The notes under the pieces are model-generated. The model was given only the letters and a program-made list of their open reading frames with translations. It was not told the origin of the DNA and did no database searches. The translations under genes were made by a program, and so were the position numbers. A DNA stretch of 63,640 nucleotides, counting the filler, from Choristocarpus tenellus KU-1152 (taxonomy: Eukaryota > Protista > Phaeophyceae), in NCBI GenBank assembly GCA_964200185.2. It is 14 parts of 14 records of this genome, joined end to end, with 100 filler letters (N's around TTAATTAATTAA, not from the genome) between each part and the next. Parts side by side here need not be neighbours in the genome. Positions count along the whole stretch, not along the records: positions 48,955 to 52,995 come from CAXNAD020016529.1; positions 53,096 to 59,011 come from CAXNAD020009426.1; positions 59,112 to 63,640 come from CAXNAD020014134.1; 11 more parts are not named here. One strand, written 5' to 3'. Below are positions 52,001-63,640 of this stretch, piece by piece. Each line of letters begins with the position of its first letter. Position 1 is the first letter of the stretch.

Positions 52001-52930
52001 TACTCAAATACAAGTGGAAGGCCATCCCCATCAGATATGAAGTAAACATCTCCATTCCCCTTGATGGCGAATCCATCTACCTTACAGGCAGAGTGTGAGG
52101 AAAGACGACTGAATGCAAGATTGGGGACCAGTGCAATGGACGCTAGAGTAACATGCACCCACTCATCATGGCCTACGTTGAATTTTAAATATAGCATGTG
52201 CTGTATCCCATAAATGGGTAGCGATGTGCCATCAGACAGTCATTTCTGCGACCTTCTGGGCATGGGGTGAAACCATACATGTTTGTCGAGTCATTTGTCG
52301 CACAGTTTGATGCCCCCGAATTAAAGCACCAACGCTCCAAACCACACACTCACCTTTTCATGGTCAGCCACAGCAGCTAGCGTGGTCTTAAATTTCCGTC
52401 CCTTATTTCTCTTTGCTAGTTCCATCGTCAGACCAGCTAAATCATCCTCCTGCTTAAACTGTGTTGCACTGTTGCAACAAATGAGCTGAAGTTATCCTTT
52501 ACCTCCGCAGTTGTAGCATAGTCCTTCGAAAGAACAAGGACGAGTATGCTCGATCAGTCCACAGTTTGAACATCTGCTATGGATCCTGATCTCGTCCCTG
52601 GCACGGGATCCTATCGTACCAGGGTCAGTAGTCATACCTAGGCCACCTCCTCGGTTGACATTTTGTTAAATATTCCACGAGTTTATGGTCCTGGTCCCTA
52701 TAGCACTCCCAGGCTCCCCGTGATGAGCTGCTTCCCATTGGAGTGAGAAGTAGCATGAATGAGCAGCGTTTTGAATCGTGACTCTGAATGTTTACCATTG
52801 CTTTAATGTTGTAATTAGTGTTTGGCGACCTGATAATCGTCGTCCAAACAATCCAGCATAACAGTTTGTAGAGCTTGCTCCGACATCACATGCCCCATCA
52901 TTTCCATCTGACCCACCCAGTTCAGCATCG
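49080..52930 (-). mobile_element. Degenerate Ty1/copia retrotransposon internal region
   Basis: Order gag knuckle (CYNCGGKG), protease-like (WCFNSGAS), integrase (VIVDGATSFIWIY), RT (TKWTHKRK..YKARLV, DPCV..HVDDLIV), RNase H (RRSVTG..ISWISKVQ); LTRs not seen. Confidence 0.92.
49664..49915 (+). mobile_element. MITE family A in copia RT, left tip deleted
   Basis: Ends AAGATACATTCACTC; removal restores FSTIDLGDLEYYMG. Confidence 0.8.
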
Positions 52931-53198
52931 TAGCTGTTAAGAATATGCTTTTTATTCATGTGTAAAAGAAGATTCTGTAGAAGAAATAATTTATGNNNNN
53001 NNNNNNNNNNNNNNNNNNNNNNNNNNNNNNNNNNNNNNNTTAATTAATTAANNNNNNNNNNNNNNNNNNNNNNNNNNNNNNNNNNNNNNNNNNNNCCGGG
53101 CCGACCAAAACAAACAAAAAAGGGAAAAACAAAAAAAGAGGGGAAAACCGCCCCCCGCCCCCCCCCCCCCCCCAAGATACTTTGACCCATTGACTTAC

Positions 53199-55303
53199 CC
53201 ATTCCTCTGGAAATGTCTCCGTCCTGACAACATACATCAATGAGAGCGCATCAGTAGGCATTTTTTTAGCTGCCTGCTCTGAGAAGACATGTGCAGCCAC
53301 CTCGACAATGTCGCGCCAGCGATGGCCTTAGGGGGTCTCCCCTCTGAGGATGGCTAGTTCGGCTCCAGCGAGGACGTCAGTGTACATTCTTGCGAAATAC
53401 TGCTCCTTGACCTCGTCTGTGAGCTACATGTACATCAAATGTGCGATGGTGTGTCGTTAGGAGATCGGCAAAGAACGAGCTTTGAGGATGTGAATGATTT
53501 AGGGTTAACAGTGAATCGATCAGAGAAGGGTTACCAGGGGATGTGTGTAGCGCAGCAGAACCCTATGGACTAAGGGTTCTTTGGAAACTGATGGGCTTTA
53601 CCGTTCGATATAACACATCGAATTCCTTCATTACTGTCTGCCCTATGTCAAGTGTGGCGTCATGTGGGGACAACTTAGTTGGGAATATTTAAGCCACCTT
53701 CAATCTGTAGGTGTGTGTGAACCCCCCGCTGTTCTTGAGGGATTCGATGGTGGCGTCCGGGTTAGCATATCATAACACAGTGAACATGTGAACCGCTCTA
53801 AAGTCGGCTTTGTCCTAGTCAGGTACACGTTGGGTGTGTGGAGAATAAGGTCACATGAATCAATTAGGGCAGAAGAATGTGGGAGTGGGAGTGGGTTTGT
53901 TGGTTAATGGCGTATGTCATATGGTCGATAGCGATACACATGTATAAAACGTCAATTCAAGCTCAGTGTGCGAAGGCAGGGGTTACTACGGTGTTGTTGG
54001 ACCGTTAGTGATGGGGTATTGGATGTACAAATGTGGGGATGGCTGCACCGCGCTTACACTGGAGTCGTCGCGCTTCTTGTGCTCTCTCCACACGCTGAGA
54101 AGGATCTCCTCCAATTATTTTGTATCTGGCGGAACATAGTGAGGGGAAGAAAGGGATCGGGTTAGTTGGATCACCAACGCAGAATTAATATGGATATGGG
54201 CGACGAAAAGTAGGCGATGCTTCACAATCGTTTCACGAGTTTTTTCCTGTGGAAGGAGTCGTGAGAGCCTCACTTTCTCCCGTGCATATGTACACAAGGG
54301 TGGCGATCGCGTTGAAGAACTGGACGGAGGTTTGGTTGCCGAGTCTACTCATCCCGGCTTTCATGTGTGTGTCCTCCCACGCTTCTTTGAGGAATGCCTT
54401 TTTCTTGGCAGCTACCCTCCTTTTAATAGCCGTCTGTAACGCGGCATCGGCACTCCGGAAGTCTATGTCTCCTAGACAGTATTGGTTGCACCTGGTGACC
54501 AATGTTGTCATGAGCGTGCGACGATCAGAGTCCTCTTCCATTTCCTGGACATAGGGGTGGGACCTGTCACAACTGAAGTCGTGCCTATACTCCAGGATAG
54601 CGGCAACTCAACACGCCATCCAATGGAATATGTCAAGAATGTTGGGCACATGCGACCTACTGGCCGCCACACTCTCTCCTATCAAAATGGATTCAGCCTT
54701 TTCGCGGTGGCAGTGTGGATATAGATCTTCCACATGAACCTCCTGTGATCGCCGATCTGGAGGTTCGCTCCAACGCCCGAGGCCCATCGCATTGTGACAT
54801 GGGCTGGGAGGTTGATGCCACATGGGACATTGTCCTCCTTCCCGATGCATTCGATTATTTTCAGTACCATTATGCGGTGTTGTCCATTCAGACAAAATAA
54901 GAGGTTATTGTCTTCGTCTTTATCCCTATTGTCACCATTCTCAGTTACGTCCAGGTTGCTGTTGGCGATGTAATTTGCAAGTAGTTTGCCGTCGGGTACA
55001 CTAGAGGGTATGTTTGCCCTGCGCATGTCGGCCTTGAAGTTGCTGATGGTTTGCCATCTCGAGCACATGGAGAACGGTCACCCACTCAGGATCCCCGTAA
55101 GCATATCAGCGGCGACCTGTGGGTCCGGCCCCAGCATCAAGAATATCGACTCCACTCTATCATTGCCAAGGAGGTTGGCGTTGTACCTCTGTGACAAGAA
55201 GGCAGATGTGGCCGGGTCCATCGTACGTGTTGCGCTGAGGTTTGACGTGATCAACTCTGTCGTCTTTTCGTCTTCAGGATTCCTTGGGCCTACGACCGAC
55301 TGC
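53199..55303 (-). pseudogene. NGQHR-motif gene copy 2, multi-exon (55303-~54248, ~54125-53939, 53814-53602, 53423-53199)
   Basis: FCLNGQHRIM at 54897-54868; last two exons have canonical phase-0 splice sites (213 and 225 nt); several in-frame stops; continues into the gap. Confidence 0.8.
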
Positions 55304-55657
55304 CTGTGAAGGTAGGGGGGGAAATTTTTTCCGGCAACGGTATCAGCAAATGAGAAGGGATATCGACGTAGGGGTGGATGCTATTGTTAGGCGATCACAG
55401 CAAGGGTGTTTTTGTATGAACAGTGATAGACTATGTGATTAATGATGACGGGATCAGTAGGGAGTGCGAGGTTCGTGTCCATGCGTGGGCTATGCAAACG
55501 TGATATGAAAAGGGCGTATCGATGCCGTGGTCATGAGGACAACGTAGCGCTTTCCTTGGAGGCCGCTATTTGCTAACATGTAGTATCAAACGGTAAACCC
55601 CGCCGACATGGGATGAATATTGAATATGAGAATGCACCAATACCGTACGCAGACGAG

Positions 55658-56570
55658 AAGGATTTATGCGCCGACCAAGGTCACATGTCAAGAGGGCAAC
55701 GATGCACAGGTTTGTGCTTGGCATAGGGTAGACAGTAATGAATGAATTTGATGTGCTCTATTGAACGGTAAAGACCATCAATTTCCAAAGCGCGGCAAGA
55801 TGGTTGGGGTGTGTGTGTGTCGATTTGAAGCAAGAATCCTGAGCAGGAAAACATTACGTCGAACTGCGGAAGTGAAAGGTGGAGATGGAAGGAATTTACG
55901 CGCCGACCAAGGTCACATGTCGAGAGGGCAACCACGCACAGGTTGGTGCTTGACATACGGCGGACAGCAATGAATGAATTTGATGTGTTCTATCGAATGG
56001 TAAAGGCCATCAATTTCCAAAGCGCGGCAAGACGGTTGAGGGGGTATATGTCGATTTGAAATAAAAATCCTGAGCAGGAAAACATTACGTCGAACTGCGG
56101 AAGTTAAAGATGAAGATGAACGGAATTCACGCACTGACCCGGGTTGGATGTCGGGAGGGCAACCATGCGCATGTTTGTGCTTGACGTATGGCAGACAGCA
56201 ATAGATGAATTAGATGTGTTCTGTCGAACGGTAAAGGCCATCAATTTCCAAAGCTTGGCAAGACGGTTGGGCGTGTGTGTGTTGATTTGAAATAAGAATC
56301 CTGAGCAGGAAAACATTACGTCAAACCGCGGAAGTGAAAGATGAAGATGAAAGGAATTTGCGCGCCGATCCGGGTTGGATGTCGGGAGGGCAATCATGCG
56401 CAGGTTTGTGCTTGACATATGGCAGACAGTAATGGATGAATTTGATGTGTTCTGTCGAACGGTAAAGACCATCAATTCCCAAAGCGTGGCAAGACGGTTG
56501 GGGGGGTGTATGTCGATTTGAAACAAGAATCCTGAGCAGGAAAACATTACGTCGAACCATGGAAGTGAAG
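55658..56570 (+). repeat. Tandem array, 4 x 231 bp
   Basis: AATCCTGAGCAGGAAAACATTACGTC at 55835, 56066, 56297, 56528. Confidence 0.95.
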
Positions 56571-57120
56571 GCATGAATGCACCAGTTTGATACGTACATG
56601 TCGATTTTGGAACATAATTCTAAGTACAAATTTGGTATGTTCTGTCGGTTGGTAGAAGCGATCAAATTCTAAGTTTAGGGTTAGCGGGGGTTTTGGACTA
56701 AGATTCGCGCGCGTGATGATACCATCGCGCGAGTTGTATTGAGATTGCATTGCGCCGCGATACGAACCTCATCGGAAAGGTTCCAATGGTATCAGAGTCC
56801 TTACACGTGCGTATTGATGCTGTCACAACGTCACACTCGACAGATGGATGTTGTGGTGTGTGTAATTTCATCGCGCAATCTTACTTCTAATTCCGATCAG
56901 TTGTCTGATTACTCCCAACATATGTAACTGCAACCCATGTTCCAATTTCGGAAAAAGGTTCGATCGAATTCGCTGTAATCAATTCCGATGATAGTCGCTG
57001 AATTGCAACTACGTCGACATGTTTGATGTAAGGTGAAATCTGTCTCTTGGCGGATTGGAATTAGTGTTCGAAATGTAGGCAATTTATTTTGGTTAGGGTT
57101 AGGGTTGATATCATGGGTGT

Positions 57121-57372
57121 GGGTCGAAGTATCTTGGGGGTAGAGCCGCGTCCTTTTGGTGGCCGAAGTCAAATATTGCATTTTTGCTGTAATTCTTGCC
57201 ACCATTTTTGTTTGGAGATGTCAATGTCCTTTTTCCGGACACTCCTTTCTATAATGTACACATTGTACTTCTCCAAAAACAGTTTTGAGTAAGTACAATG
57301 TCGTTGAAAACCCGTGGGCAGCCAAGCCCCAAAAGTACATCCAGCGAAAAACTCGTACCCTCTAAGATACTT
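57121..57372 (+). mobile_element. MITE family A variant, right tip missing
   Basis: GGGTCGAAGTATCTTGGGGGTAGAGCCGCG..TACCCTCTAAGATACTT. Confidence 0.75.
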
Positions 57373-57483
57373 AGGCAACACTGACTTCGGGGCTTACATT
57401 GTCAGTGACTGGGGTGGCAGAATACGGTTTATGAACGGTTTCGATCAAATAAATTATAGATGCGACAGTCGTGATCTTGATTA

Positions 57484-58210
57484 TACCACTATTGACAGCT
57501 GGTTTGTACATGGTGGAAAAGGTAATGAATACAGGGCATCGAATTTGAAAATGTTGGTGTGACACTACCATCTGCAGCTGGTTTGTACACGGTTGTAAAG
57601 GTAACAAATACGGGGCATCGAATTTGAAAATGTTGGTGACACCACCATCATCTGCAGCTGGTGTGTACACGGTTGTAAAGGTAACAAATACAGGGCATCG
57701 AATGTGAAAATGTTGGTGTTACCACTGCTGACAGCTGGTGTGTACATGGTTCTAATGGTAATAAATAAAGGGCATCGAATTTGGTAATGTTGGTGTTACC
57801 ACTGCTGACAGCTGGTGTGTATATACTAGCCCAAAGGTAATAAATACAGGGCATCGAACGTGAAATCGTTGGCGACACCACCATTGACAGCTGGTGTGTA
57901 CACGGTTGTAGAGGTAATGAATACAGGGCATCGATTGTGAAAACGTTGGTGATACCACCATCTGCAGCTGGTGTGTACACTATCCCAAAGGCAATAAATA
58001 CAGGGCATCGAATGTGATAACGTTGGTGACACCACTATTGACAGCTGGTGTGTACACGGTTGTAAAGGTAATAAATACAGGGCATCGAATATGAAAACGT
58101 TGGTGACACCACCATTGACAGCTGGTGTGTACACGGTTGTCAAGGTAATAAATTCAGGGCATTGAATTTGATAACGTTGGTATTACCACTGTTGAAAGCT
58201 GCTTGGTACA
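57484..58210 (+). repeat. Tandem array, ~9.5 x 77 bp
   Basis: CAGCTG at 57496, 57575, 57655, 57732, 57809, 57888, 57965, 58042, 58119. Confidence 0.95.
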
Positions 58211-59111
58211 GGCTCCGAATACAAATGAACACGTAAACATGCATTGAGCCGTCTGGTTGTGTTCAAGACCGAGAAAAATACATTGAGGAGTAGATACGTT
58301 AGAAACTCTTCAACACCGCACACGTCGCCAATCTTGGCCTAACGTGAGCATTTACTCCCTGGATTTAAAAACGCCATGACATGGAGGCCTCTTGGTTTAC
58401 ACGAAACAAAAATTCGCCAGTGTTGACAGAGCCATTGACTATACTGCGGAATAGACACAGACCAGCGTGCATAGGGTTTATGCCGATTTTGACGCGAAAT
58501 TGCTTTCACTCGGAATTGTATCTGGAGCTTCCGAAAAATATTTACACAGGTAGCAACATAGCAATGGTTGACGAAATTGGTATGGTTGTAGTCCTGAAAA
58601 CCTTCGTACATAACGCATTGGGGTCTCAATCGCTACCGCTTTGCACTGTATTGAAATGCGAGGGAACGTAATTAGGACCCTGTCTGTGTCGTGTCTGTTT
58701 GTATGGCCTATCTTGTGTGAATCAATGTAGCATGGTGAACAGCAACGCCGTCTAGGCCTAACCCGGATTTGGGCTATACATTAAGAAAGCAATAACGAGA
58801 TCATTCCTAATGGGAGAGGCATGTTCGTACTTTTGCAAAAGCCAAATAGAAGACATTTTGGAACTTAGTATCGAGAGGAGCGGAAGCATAGGAATTGGTG
58901 GGATATGTTACACATCGTGAACGGCTGGTAGACAAGGAAGGCTCGACCCCGGATGGGCGCGTTCGGTACAACACGCTAACCGACAATGTTGGGTTAGGGG
59001 CCGTCACTAGGNNNNNNNNNNNNNNNNNNNNNNNNNNNNNNNNNNNNNNNNNNNNTTAATTAATTAANNNNNNNNNNNNNNNNNNNNNNNNNNNNNNNNN
59101 NNNNNNNNNNN

Positions 59112-59417
59112 AGGGGTTCTCATGATAGATGGATTAACCTCAACACCTTCGCTGTGGAAAGTTTTGGGCACCTCGGTAAGCAAGTAGAAAGTCTCCTGAA
59201 TGAGGTGGCTACGCACGCTGTTGGGGGGAGAGGGGCGGGGGGATATAGCAGGAAAGGAGCTGTTAAATCCCGTTTACGACAGATAGTATCCGTCACAACA
59301 CAAGTGGCTCTATCAAGGCGTGTCATGTATTGTAAGCTGGAGACACCAGGGAGATGGGCCAGGAGGGGCCTGTCAAATTCTTGGGATGCTTTCCCTATCT
59401 CCTCACCCTGGGTGTAA
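59112..59417 (+). mobile_element. 3' end of CRE-like element (C-terminus after RLE endonuclease)
   Basis: FAVESFGHLGKQVESLLNEVA..RLRQIVSVTTQ; RKGAVKSRLRQ is shared with ~63545-63580. Confidence 0.75.
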
Positions 59418-60479
59418 GGCTAAGCTAGGTTGGGGGCATAGGAGAGGAGTAGTGTCGCATAGCTGGTAGTCAAACAGTATAGAGTTTGTAGAGATGTCTT
59501 TCACATTTACGACAACTGTTACTTTTACAGGAGTTCTTATGATATTGAATTGACTTTTCATTGGATTTTCCCCAGACACATCTGCAAATTGTCAGAAAAC
59601 ATAATAAAATAATACTATATTATAATGTCCACTGACATTTTGAAGATAATATATGTTAGAAGAGGAAGGAGAAGATAAAGACCGAAACAACGAGATCTTC
59701 TGATATGATTATTGCCGTATCCAAGATGCTTAATGCAATCTGCACTACTACCTGTACAATAATATCCCAATTGTTCCCTACAATTTGTTACCAGGACGAG
59801 GCGTTTTCTCAAACATAAGGATGACTAATTCGGAAATTTTCACATGTCCACACTCACCAAAATAAAAATCTATACATTCAACTATTTTGTAGGTCAAGGT
59901 TGAAGGAGCGGATAAGATATGCAAATAATTTCTGCCTAGGAATCTTGTACCAAAAATCATGTGGTTCAACTCAATGTCGACTACCGTTCATGTCTATCAT
60001 TTTATTAGGAAAAGTAAATTGTCCCTTTTTGTCCAGAGAAGATATCGTGTATCGCTTATGCGTTTCAAACTATTTGTGATACACAAATCTTACCCTGCCG
60101 TTTAACAGGAAAGAACAATCGTGTACAAATCTTACAGTGTGATTCAATGGGAAAGACCAATCTTCTGTAATTCTTACGATTTAGTACAAAAAAGCAATCG
60201 TGTGCGAATCTTACATCATGATTTAGTAGGACAAAACAATTGTGTACAAATCTTATGTTGTAATTTATTAATAGGAAAAAAAATCGTGTACAATCTTGTT
60301 GTATTATAGACCAAAAAATATCACCTAGTTTCCAAAACTGTTGTGGAAGTGGCACTAAATTCAAAGGTGAGACACCTTTAGTGGATTATATATTTGTATA
60401 CTCTACAACAATTTGCACATTTGTCAGTGAAAGGTACAACCTCTTTAGTGTATCTTGTTGTGGTCTCTTAACTTTATAA

Positions 60480-60481
<2 letters not shown>

Positions 60482-60532
<51 letters not shown>

Positions 60533-60546
60533 TATATTATTATTAT
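60482..60546. repeat. (TTA)n microsatellite
   Basis: Direct observation. Confidence 0.9.
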
Positions 60547-60570
60547 AGAACAACCTTGTTTCTGCACGTC

Positions 60571-61140
60571 TCAAGAACGCATGGGGGGTAAGTCTTTATG
60601 TGAAGGATACTTCACAATCAAGGGGTTACTGTGGGGGTGATCAGAGACAGGTGGGTTGTTTGCATCTGCACACATCGTATTCATCTTCATGTTTAATGTC
60701 TGCATTGCCGCAGCGACCAAACCTTGGTCGTGTGGAGTCCCCTCCATAGCTTCATCAACGATCTTCTTGGTGTAGACAAGTTGGCGACTTAAGCACATGT
60801 GGATATCAAATGTCGCCTCCGCACTGTCTTCGACTTGCTCTTCTTGGTCTTCATCCAGCACGCTGAACCGGTTCAGGTCCGGATTACGGGCAGGGCCTTC
60901 CCTCAGCCTCTGCACCGCCATCCCTTCCTGTTCTAGCGAGCCACCAGGGATGCCTCTGTCTACAGAAATAGACGCGGGACACGGTTGAGGTTGGGTGTTG
61001 ATACTACCCCCCTCATTACCTCCTTCGGTTGTTGGCGTTGCATGGGTCGCCTTCTTCCCTTTGCGAGTTGCAGACTTCTCTTTGGCATTGCTGCTAGTGT
61101 GCAACGTTGCGGCAGGTGTGGGAGTAGTAGTGTCCAACAT
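60571..61140 (-). pseudogene. Gag/ORF1-like low-complexity fragment
   Basis: 189-codon ORF with NRFSVLDEDQEE, reminiscent of retroelement N-terminal regions; family not established. Confidence 0.3.
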
Positions 61141-62129
61141 AACGTGGCGTGAGTTAGCTCTCCTTGAACACTAGGCGTGAGTACCACTGTGAAAGTGTCA
61201 AAGGTACCAAGTTCTCTGCTCAAGGGGGCAACCACAATCACCGGAATGAAACTCCTTCACCTCAGAGGGTGAGACCGAGTTTCAAGGTCTTGACTCTAAT
61301 CTCATAACAGATCAGTAAATCCAGTACAGAACACCTTTTTCAGAACATGACAGATGTTTCCAGAATGACTGAGCAATGTCACAGCAAAGAAATGGATTTG
61401 TCAGAATCGGAATGGTTCTTCGTTCTGAGGATCCATTTTGGCTGTTTGGTCAAATCCGGATCTCATGAGAATGACTGTTTCTTTGGACTGGTCGGTATGG
61501 ATGAGCTCAAATGACGTGTTTGGCGCGCGCAATTGTATCTGACCGCGCGTCTTATATGTAAGGTGTGTGTCGGAGATCCCAAAAAGGAACCTGTCCCTGA
61601 CACCTTTGACATTTCCCAGATGTGTGAAGGGAAAAGTCAAGTCAATATCACAAGGAAAAATTAACTGTTGTCGTAAATGTGAAAGATATCTTTCCAAAAT
61701 CTATTTACTACTTCAAAGTATATAATATTATATTCTCTAACATTCCATAATATGTATGACATTTTCCACATGTTTCAGTGGAAAATCCACTTCAATATCA
61801 TAACAACCCCTGTAAAAGTAGTACATAAATGCGAAAGACTTACACTTTCATACATAATATGTATGACATTTTCCACATGTTTCAGTGGAAAATCCACTTC
61901 AATATCATAACAACCCCTGTAAAAGTAGTACATAAATGCGAAAGACTTACACTATTCCGTACATCGGTGGTTAGTGCTCGCAATTCCCGTATCGGTACCT
62001 TACACCTGTTTGAAAAATATGTATAAAACATTTGTCGATACGGCTCGTTCTCAGCGAAACATGAGCAGATATTTGTTGGTACCACCACTCATCCTCTCCG
62101 AAAAGTGTACATTTGTCGTGCCACTCACC

Positions 62130-63585
62130 CGGCTATGAAACCCAGACTCCTACCCTATGTGGCCAAGGTGGATGGGGACACCAGTGACCCAGAGCTTGGC
62201 CTCCCTGCTATATTGTATGAACACAGCTAAGCTCTGCAGCAGCTCCAGTCTACCTTTGGATCCTTGGGGGTTCCTCCCAAAGCTTCCTGGATGACACACC
62301 CGTCTCCACAAGGAAGATAAATCCCACTGCTAAAGCTGCTTTTGGGAAGCTTAACACGGACCTGCACAAGGTGGGTATAGCACTAAACATGGATAAGACC
62401 TTTGGTGTACCACTCTAGGGCCACCAGCCCACACCCTCGGACCTGGAACTCCAACTAGAGCTACTGCGGGAATCAACCTGACTCCGGACGCAAATGGTTT
62501 TGTCACACTAGGTGCTCCGGTAGAGGCCAGATGGAATTGTCCAAGCCCATATGGTCGGGGTAATTGAGAGCTCAGCCTCACAAATGTTGACCATACATCT
62601 GAGTGAGATGGTGGATAAACAAGTTGTTTACCTCCTCAACTCTTGGTCCCTGTCTTCCCGTTTGGGTTATTTGGTGAGGGTCATTCCCCCCCCACAGGGC
62701 ACACTCCACCATGGAACAAAGCCAATAACACCTCGCTGTTGACTCTGGAGAAGATAATGGAGGTTGCAGACTCAGCTGGAGTCACTGAGTTCTTTGGTGG
62801 GGGTGTGAAAATGGGTCTCTTGACTTAGAACACACCAACAAATACAGGCACATATGTTTATAAGTTCAAGGGGTCTGGGCCTATCCTCCATAAGACACCA
62901 TCAGCAAATCGCTTTCGTGGGATTGCTAGTGGCCAGTCACTCTCCCCATCCTCCAAGCAAGGTAAAAAGAGTCCCCCCAAGAAGAGATTTTCAACCAGGC
63001 TAATTGTGCGAGCCCCACAGTCCAGGCCTAAGACTTGGCGAGAATTATTGGCCAAGGCTGGGTAGACTGGGCAGGAACAACAAGCCCTGCCCCTGTCCTG
63101 GAGGTCCACACTCTAGAAACTCATGATGCCAGGATCACGAGGAGAGCAGAGTTTAGACTGGCCGCCAGCAGGTCCCTAGGTAGAGGGAAGACCCTAACCG
63201 ACATGTGCCCGGTGGTTGGGTGCAGTAGGGAGCACATGTCGACGGTGAAATACCTAGTCCAACTCTGCAGAGGAATGCGCATTCCTTGTACTATGGAAGA
63301 TGGTAGCACGTTCACAATGAGCCGGAACTTCCACATGGGTGTGCTATTCCATGCAGGGAGACTCTCAGACGCTGGCTCACCTCCCTACTGAGATAAAGGC
63401 CTCCTTCTGGATGTTACCTTTGCCGAAGTTCAAGTAGTCTCCCATCCATCCCACCCATCCATTGGCAATTCTGTAGCTTCTGCTGCACCCAAGGCACGAA
63501 AGTGCACCCACGCAATAGGGGGGAGAGAGACAGGAGGATATGGTAGGAAAGGGGCTGTGAAGTCCCGTTTGAGACAAATGTTGTG
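62130..63585 (+). mobile_element. Second degenerate CRE-like copy with internal deletions
   Basis: PYVAKV, GINL..NGFVTLGAPV, NTSLLTLEKIMEVADS, GTTSPAP.L.VH match 36640-39690. Confidence 0.85.
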
Positions 63586-63640
63586 GGTCAAAGTATCTGG
63601 GGGAGGGGGGGTGTCGGCGTCCGTTTTTCACCCTTTTTTC
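63585..63640 (+). mobile_element. MITE end with GGGTCAAAGTATCT terminus (same end inverted at ~53150-53188)
   Basis: Shares the CAAAGTATCT core with families A and B. Confidence 0.6.

Larger units (their letters stand above)
59490..61952. mobile_element. Possible foldback-like element with modular inverted ends
   Basis: 59490-59600 is an inverted homolog of ~61600-61690; related 108-bp tandem duplication at 61746-61952; ~42-bp tandem units at 60075-60300; no TSD found. Confidence 0.45.

Noticed and set aside
56104-56574. 156-aa repeat protein on minus strand
   Set aside because: By-product of a period divisible by 3; not open across all units
57484-58210. CRISPR array
   Set aside because: Whole units are homologous with no unique spacers; no cas genes; eukaryotic context

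Overview
Repeat-rich eukaryotic draft-assembly window made of 14 short contigs joined by 13 artificial 100-bp spacers (44 N + TTAATTAATTAA + 44 N), so adjacency across spacers is unproven. GT-AG introns, interstitial TTAGGG-type repeats and the TE families suggest a stramenopile such as a brown alga or relative (inference only). Recognisable content: four exons of an LRR protein gene, two other host-gene fragments, a decayed Ty1/copia element, three pieces of a CRE-like non-LTR retrotransposon, two related MITE families (one GAG-ended with 4-bp TSDs), and a TG..CA hairpin element with a 5-bp TSD. The most interesting signal is multi-copy, intron-containing, now pseudogenised genes. One family has a synonymously conserved FCLNGQHR (ParB/DGQHR-like) motif. 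Another has an acidic tract, a PHD-like finger and a possible Ulp1-like protease motif. They may be one giant mobile-element gene. Upstream of the NGQHR copy lie a 231-bp tandem array, whose units carry an inverted ~88% copy of that gene's own exon/splice-donor junction, and a 77-bp array. A MITE-pair inversion can be reconstructed at base resolution.
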